The notes under the pieces are model-generated. The model made no database searches. It was not told the DNA's origin and saw only the letters and a list, made by a program, of their open reading frames with translations. A program made the position numbers and the translations under genes. Positions 30,277-38,308 of a stretch of DNA of 64,000 nucleotides are shown in pieces. The DNA is taken from assembly GCA_965218795.1 (NCBI GenBank), contig OZ244653.1, positions 1,632,001 through 1,696,000 on the forward strand. The letters run 5' to 3'. Each line of letters starts with the position of its first letter. The first letter of the stretch is position 1. The DNA comes from a bacterium. GTDB taxonomy: Bacteria; UBA8248; JACPRG01; G963555815.

Positions 30277-31467
30277 ATGATCGACCGGAAGACAATCCTT
30301 CGCCTTCGCCGGCAACTCCCAATCTTCGAGCGCTACATCTGCATGAACTGGGCGCACAGCGGCCCTTCTCCCAGACCGGTGCTGCGCGCGGTTCAACGCG
30401 TCTTGGAAAATGAAGGCCGGCATGGGCCTTTTCACCCGAAAATCCAGGCTGAAAGGGATGTGATCCTTGGGCGCGCGCGCAAGCGGCTGGCGGAGATCAT
30501 CGGTGCGGGTGAGGATGAGATCACGCTCACCGCAAACACCACCAACGGAATCAATCTGGCCGCCCGTCTCCTGGAATGGAAGCGAGGGGATGAGGTCATC
30601 ATTTCCGACTCGGAGCATCCCGGGGGCTACCTCCCATGGTTCGCCCTCCGGGACCGTTACGGGATTCGGGTTCACCCGGTATCCATTGACGGGGACGACG
30701 AGCGATTTCTCGAGAGACTCGAAAGGACGCTCAATCCGAGGACCCGGATGATCTCCCTCAGTCACGTCGCCTGGCTGTCGGGATACCGATATCCCATCCG
30801 GAAGGTCTCGAAAGAGGCGAAGTCACGAAACATTCCCCTGCTGGTGGACGGGGCCCAGGCCGCCGGAGCGCTTCGTGTCAACGTCAAGAATCTCGGGTGC
30901 GATTTCTACACGATCTCCGGGCAGAAATGGCTGATGGGACCGCAGGGAACCGGCGGTCTCTACGTTCACCGCAGATTGCGCGAAGAGATGCCTCTGCCCG
31001 CCGCGGGTTCCGAATCCGCAGCGAGCAAAGACCTCGCCTCGGCGTCCTATGCGCTTCACCCCGACGGCCGCCGCTTTGAGACAGCTACCCGGGGGAACGC
31101 CCTCTACGCCGGCCTCGCCGTCGGGGCGGAGCAGGCATTGCGAATCGGCCTGCCGGACATTCAGGAGAGAATCCTTGCGTTGGCCGCGCGCCTTCTGACC
31201 CATGTCCAGGCCATTCCGGGCGTGGAGATCTTGAGCTACCGCCGGTCCGGGAAGCAACCCGCCCATTCGGGTCTGGTGACGATTCGAATCCCGGGACGAG
31301 CTTCCGGAGCCGTGGTCGAAGAACTGCTCCGCAGGTACCGTATTCTGGCGAGGGAGGTTCCGGCTCGCCCTTCGGCCGTGCGGTTCTCGCTCCATTACTT
31401 CAACACCGAGGAGGATGTGGCATTCGCCGCGGACGTCATCCGGAAAATCGGCAAAAGGAAAACCTGA
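30277..31467 (+). CDS. Class V PLP aminotransferase / C-S lyase-like, copy 1
   Basis: NTTNGIN, SEHPG, SHVAW, VDGAQAAG, SGQKWLMGPQGTG. Confidence 0.9.
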   Translation: MIDRKTILRLRRQLPIFERYICMNWAHSGPSPRPVLRAVQRVLENEGRHGPFHPKIQAERDVILGRARKRLAEIIGAGEDEITLTANTTNGINLAARLLEWKRGDEVIISDSEHPGGYLPWFALRDRYGIRVHPVSIDGDDERFLERLERTLNPRTRMISLSHVAWLSGYRYPIRKVSKEAKSRNIPLLVDGAQAAGALRVNVKNLGCDFYTISGQKWLMGPQGTGGLYVHRRLREEMPLPAAGSESAASKDLASASYALHPDGRRFETATRGNALYAGLAVGAEQALRIGLPDIQERILALAARLLTHVQAIPGVEILSYRRSGKQPAHSGLVTIRIPGRASGAVVEELLRRYRILAREVPARPSAVRFSLHYFNTEEDVAFAADVIRKIGKRKT

Positions 31468-31613
31468 ATGGCGCGGGGCGTTCTTCCCTCGCAAGACGCT
31501 GCCGGAAAATCAAACGGACTCGCCGCGACTGCCCCGATGCCGGGGGCTCGAAGACGGACGACGTGCGAGCGGCTCCTTCCGAACGTCCGATGAACGCTCT
31601 TGCCGGAGAAGAC

Positions 31614-32804
31614 ATGATCGACCGAAAAAAGATCCTGCGAATACGGCGTCAGATGCCCATCATGGAACGGTTCGTTTGCATGAACTGGGGCCACAGCGGA
31701 CCCTCCCCCCGCCCGGTCCTGAGGTCCGTGCAGGAAATCCTGGAACGCGAAGCCCGGCTGGGGCCCTTCCACCCGAAGGTGACCGAACGACGCGACGCCG
31801 TCTTTTCCCGCGCGCGAGACCTTTTGGGCCGAGTCATCGGCGCTCGGCCGGAGGAGATGGCGCTGACGGCCAACGCCACCGCTGGAATCAACCTCATCGC
31901 CCGGTCGCTCGACTGGCATCGGGGCGATGAGGTCATCATCTCCAACGCGGAGCACCCGGGCGGTTTCATGCCTTGGTTCATCCTGCGGGACCGGTGCGGT
32001 ATCCGCGTGCACCAAATTCCAGTGGAGGGCGGCGACGGACAATTCCTCGAAACGCTGAGCCGAAGGCTCAACAGGAAAACCCGGGTGGTCTGCATCAGCC
32101 ATGTCGCGTGGCTCTCCGGGTACCGATATCCGCTGCAGGAGGTTTCCAAGCTGCTCGCGGGGCGGAACGTCTTCCTCGTGGTGGACGGCGCACAGGCCGC
32201 CGGCGCGCTTCGGTTCAATGCCGGCCGGTCAGGGTGCGACTTTTACGCTTTCCCGGGTCAGAAGTGGCTGATGGGGCCCCAGGGTACCGGCGCCCTGTTT
32301 GTCCGAAAAGACCTTCAAGAGAAGATTTCCCTGCCGAGCGGGGGGTACAATTCGGTCTCGGAATTCGACCTCGCCTCGGCGTCCTACGCGCCCTACCCGG
32401 ACGGCCGCCGGTTTGAGGTATCCACGGAAAGCACCGCCCTGTTCGCCGGGTTGGCGAAAGGGGCAGAGCGGACCCTCGACCTTGGTCTCGCGGCCGTGGA
32501 GCGGCGGATCCTGACACTCGCCGGCCGCCTCCTGGATCATCTTCGAGACGTCCCGAACCTTGAGTTGTTGAGCTGCCGCCGGCCGGGAAAGAACCCCGCC
32601 CACTCGGGGCTGGTCTCGTTTCGAATCGGTGGGATGACGGCGGCGGAAGCGGCCGAAACGCTGAGGCGGCGAGAGGGCATCCTGGTTCGTGAGGTGCCGG
32701 CCGGTCCGCCCGGCGTGCGCGTCTCGCTCCATTACGTCAACCTGGAGGAAGAGGTCGATCGATTGACCGAAGCTGTCATTCGGCTCGCCCGCCGCGCGTC
32801 CTGA
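31614..32804 (+). CDS. Class V PLP aminotransferase / C-S lyase-like, copy 2 (tandem paralog)
   Basis: Same motifs; shares blocks such as MIDRK.IL, HSGPSPRPVLR and QKWLMGPQGTG. Confidence 0.9.
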   Translation: MIDRKKILRIRRQMPIMERFVCMNWGHSGPSPRPVLRSVQEILEREARLGPFHPKVTERRDAVFSRARDLLGRVIGARPEEMALTANATAGINLIARSLDWHRGDEVIISNAEHPGGFMPWFILRDRCGIRVHQIPVEGGDGQFLETLSRRLNRKTRVVCISHVAWLSGYRYPLQEVSKLLAGRNVFLVVDGAQAAGALRFNAGRSGCDFYAFPGQKWLMGPQGTGALFVRKDLQEKISLPSGGYNSVSEFDLASASYAPYPDGRRFEVSTESTALFAGLAKGAERTLDLGLAAVERRILTLAGRLLDHLRDVPNLELLSCRRPGKNPAHSGLVSFRIGGMTAAEAAETLRRREGILVREVPAGPPGVRVSLHYVNLEEEVDRLTEAVIRLARRAS

Positions 32805-32977
32805 AGAGGGTCCCATCCTTCCGCGACACGGCGGACATCCGCTTCGCATGGATGAGGTGGCCGGGGATCCATTCTCACATGACCCTGCCCGGGTTATTCT
32901 TGACCGAGACCCACGGGCGCACGAACGAGGGAAAGGTTTCGATCTTCATTCCACTCCCACCCCGCTGACGAACCGCA

Positions 32978-33712
32978 ATGCCTCACACGTGGCGCAAGAC
33001 CGAAATCGGCATCCTTCAGTTCTTCGAGCGCCTGGGTCTCGATACCAGACGCATCTTTCTCTTCTGGAGCGTTGCCATCGGTGCGGTATGCGGGCTGGTC
33101 GCCGTCAGCTTCCACCTCCTGATTCGCGCGGTCACTGAGTTTCTCTTCGGCGCGCCCGATTTCGCGGGTGTCATCCGCACGCCCATGACCTCGGTTCTCA
33201 TCATTTTCGAGATGACGCAGGATTACCACATCATTTTGCCGCTCATGGTGGCGAATCTCGTCAGCCTGAGGCTTTCCACATGGCTGCACCCGAAGGGGGA
33301 CGTACGAAAGCCTCTCTCTTCAGGAAGGGGTCCATCTGCCCACGCACCGTACGCGCTACATCCTCGAGAACATCCACGTGGAGGACGCCATGGTGAGGGA
33401 GGTCATCAAGCTCGAGGACCATCAGACCGCCGAGGAGGCCACCAGAAAACGCCGATCAGGGAGCTCGGCATCAGAACATACGTCGCGCACGCCCATCCGG
33501 ACCACACCCTGGACGTTGTTCTCCACAAGCTGGGTTCGCGCGACATCTCCCGCCTGCCGGTCGTCAACCGGGTGAACCCGAAGGTCATCGAAGGCATCAT
33601 TACGGCGGAGGATGTCATGCACACGTTCGGCGTGCATCGGGATATCCACGAGGAAGGGGACGTGGACGAGCCCGTCAAGTCGCCCTGGCAACCTCCGGTT
33701 GCATCGCGTTAG
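32978..33712 (+). pseudogene. ClC chloride channel/CBS remnant with large internal deletions
   Basis: N-terminal TM joined to RTPMTSVLIIFEMTQDY (ClC C-terminal helices), then a frameshifted CBS (LPVVNR..GIITAEDV). Confidence 0.7.
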
Positions 33713-33949
33713 GCACTCGCCTGCGGCGAGATGCCATGTGAATCGCAGCGGCGGGTCACCGTCCCCGCTCGCCAGCGTCCCGTTGCATCGCATGAGCGGC
33801 CCTGCGGGCCGCGAAAAGGCTGGGGCCATCCAAGCGAAGCGCAAGGATGGCGAGACCGCAGGGGCACGTTGCCCCTGCCGCGCCTCGGATGTTCAGGCGC
33901 GGCTAATGCGGTCCAGGTCGGAGACCTGGCGATGCAACCGGAGGTTGCC
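33687..33949. repeat. Hairpin-mosaic repeat R1, bounded by perfect 21-bp inverted repeats
   Basis: GGCAACCTCCGGTTGCATCGC at 33687-33707 and its reverse complement at 33929-33949. Confidence 0.85.
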
Positions 33950-34199
33950 GATGGAGCTCTTCGAGCCTGCGGATCAGCTCCTCGTTGTGCAGCTCGATGG
34001 CCTGATTCATCAGGGCGATGCTGGTCCGCATCTCCCTCACGGTTTCCATCAGATCATCGAGCGCGGCGCGGACCGCCGGGTCCTGCTGGACCTTGACGCC
34101 GCCGTTCCGGTTCGAAAAAAACCGCAGCACGATCAGGCCGATGACAATCGCCCCGCCAGTGCCCGCTGAGGACAAAAGAACCCTGATCAGATCGTCCAT
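33903..34199 (-). CDS. Holin-like single-TM protein
   Basis: N-terminal TM (LLSSAGTGGAIVIGLIVL) plus coiled coil; last gene of the module; C-terminus comes from repeat R1. Confidence 0.4.
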   Translation of the reverse strand: MDDLIRVLLSSAGTGGAIVIGLIVLRFFSNRNGGVKVQQDPAVRAALDDLMETVREMRTSIALMNQAIELHNEELIRRLEELHRQPPVASPGLRPGPH

Positions 34200-34200
34200 G

Positions 34201-34773
34201 TCAGACCCCCGGGGTCGGCCAGGCAAGGCCGGATGCGGCCGTTGCCGCGCCTGCGGCGTCCGCGGCCGCGTGAATCGCATCGATGGCGTCGAATTTCAGG
34301 CGCTCGATTTTCACGGCCGCGGCCTGCCAAGCCTCGGCTTTCGACCGCCACTCCCCGGCGATCGCTGCATTCGTGGCCGCGGCATCGCCGGCCGCCTGCC
34401 GCCGCGCGGCCTCATCCTGCAGCAGCGGACCCACCGCGGACTCGTCGGCAAGAAAGGCCTCGGCCTCGGACTTCTTGAGCATGTAGACGAGGGCCTGGCC
34501 CGAGCCGTCCGAGATCCACTCCAGCCGCGCGGCCTCGGCCTGCTCCTTCACCCGTGAGATCATCTCTGCTTTCAGAGCCTCCAGCGGCGGACCCGGCGGA
34601 CGCGCGAACGTTCCGCCGCCGCGCTCGTCGTAGAGATCCCCCGCATCAACCCCTTCCGGCGCGTCCACCCAGCGCAGGCCCGGAGCGACCGGGAAGGGTT
34701 CCCCGCCACCGGGCGGGACCTCCTCGACCTGAACCACCCGTCCGCCGTCCACGTCAATCAAGGCTTTTTTCAT
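34201..34773 (-). CDS. Tail-fibre assembly/chaperone-like protein
   Basis: Coupled (TGATG) to the fibre gene; V.Q....FPVAP.L.WVD N-terminus and helical C-terminus. Confidence 0.5.
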   Translation of the reverse strand: MKKALIDVDGGRVVQVEEVPPGGGEPFPVAPGLRWVDAPEGVDAGDLYDERGGGTFARPPGPPLEALKAEMISRVKEQAEAARLEWISDGSGQALVYMLKKSEAEAFLADESAVGPLLQDEAARRQAAGDAAATNAAIAGEWRSKAEAWQAAAVKIERLKFDAIDAIHAAADAAGAATAASGLAWPTPGV

Positions 34774-35639
34774 CAGTAATACTCCTCCACGATGACGATT
34801 CCCGGAGCTCCATTCCCTCCAGGACTCGAGCTGCTTGACCAGCCAGCCGATCCCCCTCCTCCATAGTTCTTGCCATCGCCTCCCTCGCGACCACCTGACC
34901 CTTCCAGATCTATAAAGCCGGAACCGCCACTCAGCTGGCTTTCTCCGCCGCGACTGCTTTGACCTCTGCCCGATCCGTCCCCGCCTCCAATCTGAACGTC
35001 CCCGCCCACTCCATTACCGCCGACTCCGGCCCTTGCAGTCCCGCCTGTCTGTATACCGCCGCCGCCCCCGGTCGCTGAACAGTGAGAGCCGAAGGAGCTC
35101 GTAAGACCGGTCTGAGCGTCTGATACGTTGCCGCCCGTACCGCCCGCTCCAACTGTCACGACCTCGGTCGATGCGAGGACGGACCCGCCGAACCGTCCCT
35201 CCGCATATCCGCCTCCGCCGCCAGGCGTCCCATTTGAGCCCTTAGAGCCGCCGCCGCCGCCACCGACGAGCCGGATCACGACGTATCCGTCGTTCCCCAT
35301 CCCCGCGGGCTTGGTCCAGGCCCCGCTGGAAGTGAAGGTCCGGATCCTTTTCAGACCGCCCCCGCCGCCGACTCTGGCCTTCGCGCCGGAGCTGTCCTTT
35401 GCGATCAGGCCCCCGGAAGAATCGACGAACAGCCGGCGATGGTCCGCCTCCGGGCTGTCCGGGTCCGACGCCTGCTCCTTGAAGTCCCAGGCGTTCGCTG
35501 AGCCGTCGTTGTTCCGGGCCTTCGTCCCGTCCGCGGCATCGACCTCCGGTCCGATGAACAGCCGGTTGAGTGTGTCGTTCTTGGTGGGGTGTCCGGCGCC
35601 CACCATCTCCTCTGTCGCCTGAATTCTTTGATCCGCCAT
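34773..35639 (-). CDS. Glycine-rich tail fibre-like protein
   Basis: FTSSGAWTKPAG..VGGGGGG..VTVGAGG..SSFG..GAPGIVIVEEY glycine-rich domain. Confidence 0.7.
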   Translation of the reverse strand: MADQRIQATEEMVGAGHPTKNDTLNRLFIGPEVDAADGTKARNNDGSANAWDFKEQASDPDSPEADHRRLFVDSSGGLIAKDSSGAKARVGGGGGLKRIRTFTSSGAWTKPAGMGNDGYVVIRLVGGGGGGSKGSNGTPGGGGGYAEGRFGGSVLASTEVVTVGAGGTGGNVSDAQTGLTSSFGSHCSATGGGGGIQTGGTARAGVGGNGVGGDVQIGGGDGSGRGQSSRGGESQLSGGSGFIDLEGSGGREGGDGKNYGGGGSAGWSSSSSPGGNGAPGIVIVEEYY

Positions 35640-35650
35640 GGATTCCTCCC

Positions 35651-36030
35651 CGGCAGGCTTTCGCCTGCACCGCATGGGCCGCCCTTGCGCTTCGCTGGGG
35701 CGGCAAAAACAAGGCGACCCAAAGGGTCGCGAAAGCGATCAACCCGGAGGGTTGCCCGGCCATCCAAGCGAAGGGACACAGGCCCAAGCGCAAGAATGGC
35801 GAGACCGTACCGGCAACCTCCCGCCAGGTCTCCGACCTGGACCGCATGAGCCGCGCCTGAACATCCGAGGCGCGGCAAAGGCAAGGCAGCCTCCGGTTGC
35901 ATCGCATTGGGCGCGCTTCGCGCGGCGAAAAGGCCGGGCCAGTACGGAGCCTGGCCCCTACGAAAAACAGACGTCTTTGCCGCCCAAGCGAAGCGCCAGG
36001 GCGGCCAAAGCGATGCAACGGGACGTTGCC
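35651..36030. repeat. Hairpin-mosaic repeat R2
   Basis: Modules gcaggctttcgcctgc, gcgacccaaagggtcgc, gccatccaagcgaag..gaatggc, ccaggtctccgacctgg, ccgcgcctgaacatccgaggcgcgg, gcaacgggacgttgcc. Confidence 0.85.
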
Positions 36031-36031
36031 C

Positions 36032-37279
36032 CTATCCCATCAGGGTTTGCAAACGATCGTTCCCCGCCGTTCTGGACCCGTCCGAAATGCAGCTCCCGTC
36101 CGCGATGCAGGAGTCGGTGACATACAACCCGGTGTCCAGCAGCCGGAACCTGACCTCGCTCCGCTCCGAGACGAATTCCTTCGACAGAACGCGGCAGATC
36201 TGGTTGGCCAAGGGCCGCCGGCCGTCTCTTTCAAAAACAAAATCCAAAGAGAGGGAGACGTGATCTCCCCGCTCGACGTGCAGCAGGGTTTCAGTCTTCT
36301 GTTCGATCTCGAAAACCCGGGGGCCGTTCTTGAACAGGCTGACGATGACGTGCTGAACGGTCCGCAGCGTGGTGAGGTCGCGGATCCAGGGCATCTCGAA
36401 CAGGCCGCCGGTCCTGCCGAGGGCGCCGTGGACGCCCACGCTTTTCAGGTCCTGCTCGGCCGCGCCGTCATCGAAACCGAAGAACCCGCGGTCGAAGAAA
36501 TTGTAGCGGTAGCGAGCCCCTGGACGGTTGATGATGTCTTCGCGAAGCCGGGGACCGACCCGGGCCGCGCCCCGCTGGCGGGCCGTGATGAACCCCTGCA
36601 TGGTCTCTCCGAAGGGCAGCGATCCTGCGCCGGACAACCCGCTTTCCATCTGGAGGTAGACCTTCCGGTCCTTTCGCAGGAACCAGCCGCCCATGAAGTC
36701 CTTCATGACCTCCTGGATCAACCCGCCCGGGGTGACGTCTGCCGCCAGGACGCTCGCGGCCCTGTACCCGGCCGCCGCGGCCCGCTCCCTGGCGCTTTCC
36801 AGGGCCGAGGCGTCGAATATCTCCGAGGTTTCCCCCAGGCCCGCGACGTTGGCCAGGAAGTCCTCGACCACGGCGACGGGGTTCTCGATCAGCGACGCGC
36901 CGGCCGCCCGGCCCTTGCCCCGGGCCCGGACCGCCCCGTTGGGTTCCACCGTGAACGAGACCGCGGCGATAGCCCCCCGGCCCTCGAAGTCGCTGGACGC
37001 GCTGAAGGCGTATCCCGCCGGCGGGATCTCGCCGTCCTCGTCATAGAGGGTGACGCTGTTGCCGTCCGCCTCGGACAGCACGGGGTGTCCCGCGAAGGCG
37101 TAGACCCCGCCCTCCGGGGAGGCGTCGATCCGGGGCAGTTCCCATATTCCCCGGTCCCCGTCGGTCAGATCGCCGTAGACGACGGGCAGCGCGGCGTCCT
37201 CGTTTTCCGGGTTGGCGTACCGGCCCGCCCGGGGCAGGAGGAACACATCGTTCAACAGACTCGTATCGATCGCCGTCAC
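36032..37279 (-). CDS. Putative baseplate hub / tail tip protein
   Basis: GTG 37279 directly after repeat-borne GGAGG; LPVVYGD and IENPVAVVED motifs; downstream of the tape measure. Confidence 0.55.
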   Translation of the reverse strand: MTAIDTSLLNDVFLLPRAGRYANPENEDAALPVVYGDLTDGDRGIWELPRIDASPEGGVYAFAGHPVLSEADGNSVTLYDEDGEIPPAGYAFSASSDFEGRGAIAAVSFTVEPNGAVRARGKGRAAGASLIENPVAVVEDFLANVAGLGETSEIFDASALESARERAAAAGYRAASVLAADVTPGGLIQEVMKDFMGGWFLRKDRKVYLQMESGLSGAGSLPFGETMQGFITARQRGAARVGPRLREDIINRPGARYRYNFFDRGFFGFDDGAAEQDLKSVGVHGALGRTGGLFEMPWIRDLTTLRTVQHVIVSLFKNGPRVFEIEQKTETLLHVERGDHVSLSLDFVFERDGRRPLANQICRVLSKEFVSERSEVRFRLLDTGLYVTDSCIADGSCISDGSRTAGNDRLQTLMG

Positions 37280-37893
37280 GGCAACCTCCCGTTGCATCGC
37301 ATTGGCCGCGCCTGAACATCCGAGGCGCGGCAAAAGACAAACCGGCACGATGCCAAGCCATCCAAGCGAAGGAACACAGGCCCAAGCGCAAGAATGGCGA
37401 GATCGTACCGGCAACCTCCCGTTGCATCGCATGAGCCGCGCCTGAACATCCGAGGCGCGGCAAAAGACAAACCAACACGATGCCCGGCCATCCAAGCGAA
37501 GGAACACAGGCCCAAGCGCAAGAATGGCGAGATCGTACCGGCAACCTCCCGCCAGGTCTCCGACCTGCACCGCATGGGCCGCGCCTGAACATCCGAGGCG
37601 CGGCAAAAGACAAACCAACACGATGCCCGGCCATCCAAGCGAAGGAACACAGGCCCAAGCGCAAGGATGGCGAGTGCGCACCGGCAACCTCCCGCCAGGT
37701 CTCCGACCTGCACCGCATGGGCCGCGTTGAGGGCTTTGCCCTGACGCGGCAGAGACCTCAAGGCCACGCCTGGCGGTCGTCGAATCGGGGCAACGCCTTG
37801 CCGGCGCGGCAGAGACAAGGGCGACGCGAGCCATAGCGCGAGCGTCGCGAAAGCGGTCCAGGCGAAAGCCTGGCGATGCAACGGGACGTTGCC
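37280..37893. repeat. Hairpin-mosaic repeat R3: tandem units of 130, 130 and 143 bp plus a partial unit
   Basis: gcaacctccc unit starts at 37281, 37411, 37541 and 37684; inverted terminal 21-mer at 37873-37893. Confidence 0.9.
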
Positions 37894-38022
37894 GGTCCAG
37901 CGGGACGCTGGCGGGCCTGTCCCCCGGATGTCGCAGGCGAGGGTCTGACGCATGGATTCGGGCAACGCGGGAACGGCCTGCGCGTGGGTGCGCCCCGGAC
38001 GTCTTAGCGGGGGGCTGGCCGT

Positions 38023-38160
38023 ATGGATTCCCGCTGCAGCCTGTCCCCGAAGGCTTCTATCGGGGACAGAAATGACGAAACGACAGTCACGCAACCCCCC
38101 AACCGGTCATTCCCGCGGCCTGCCCTCGAATGCTTTAATCGGGGGAAGCGGGAATCCAGT
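38023..38160. repeat. Host REP doublet inside the phage module
   Basis: Inverted match to the 14302-14353 and 28089-28170 elements. Confidence 0.7.
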
Positions 38161-38200
38161 GTCATGTATCCGGCAGGGGCCTGCCGCCCCAAGGGCGGCC

Positions 38201-38308
38201 AATTGCGGTCCAGGCGAAAGCCTGGCGCGATCATAGCGCCCGGAACGTTGCCAGCTGGCGGCATCTCGCCGCAGGCGAGCGCCTGACGCGATGCAACGGG
38301 ACGTTGCC
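38201..38308. repeat. Hairpin-mosaic repeat overlapping the tape-measure 3' end
   Basis: gcggtccaggcgaaagcctgg, ggcatctcgccgcaggcgag, gcgatgcaacgggacgttgcc. Confidence 0.8.

Noticed and set aside
37041-38094. ORFs made of repeat sequence (MRCRSETWREVAG, QPPVASR and similar, also at 45362-46522) and long N-terminal extensions of the ORFs at 36032, 46154, 50792 and 56219
   Set aside because: They are translations of the hairpin repeats; better starts with an RBS lie downstream
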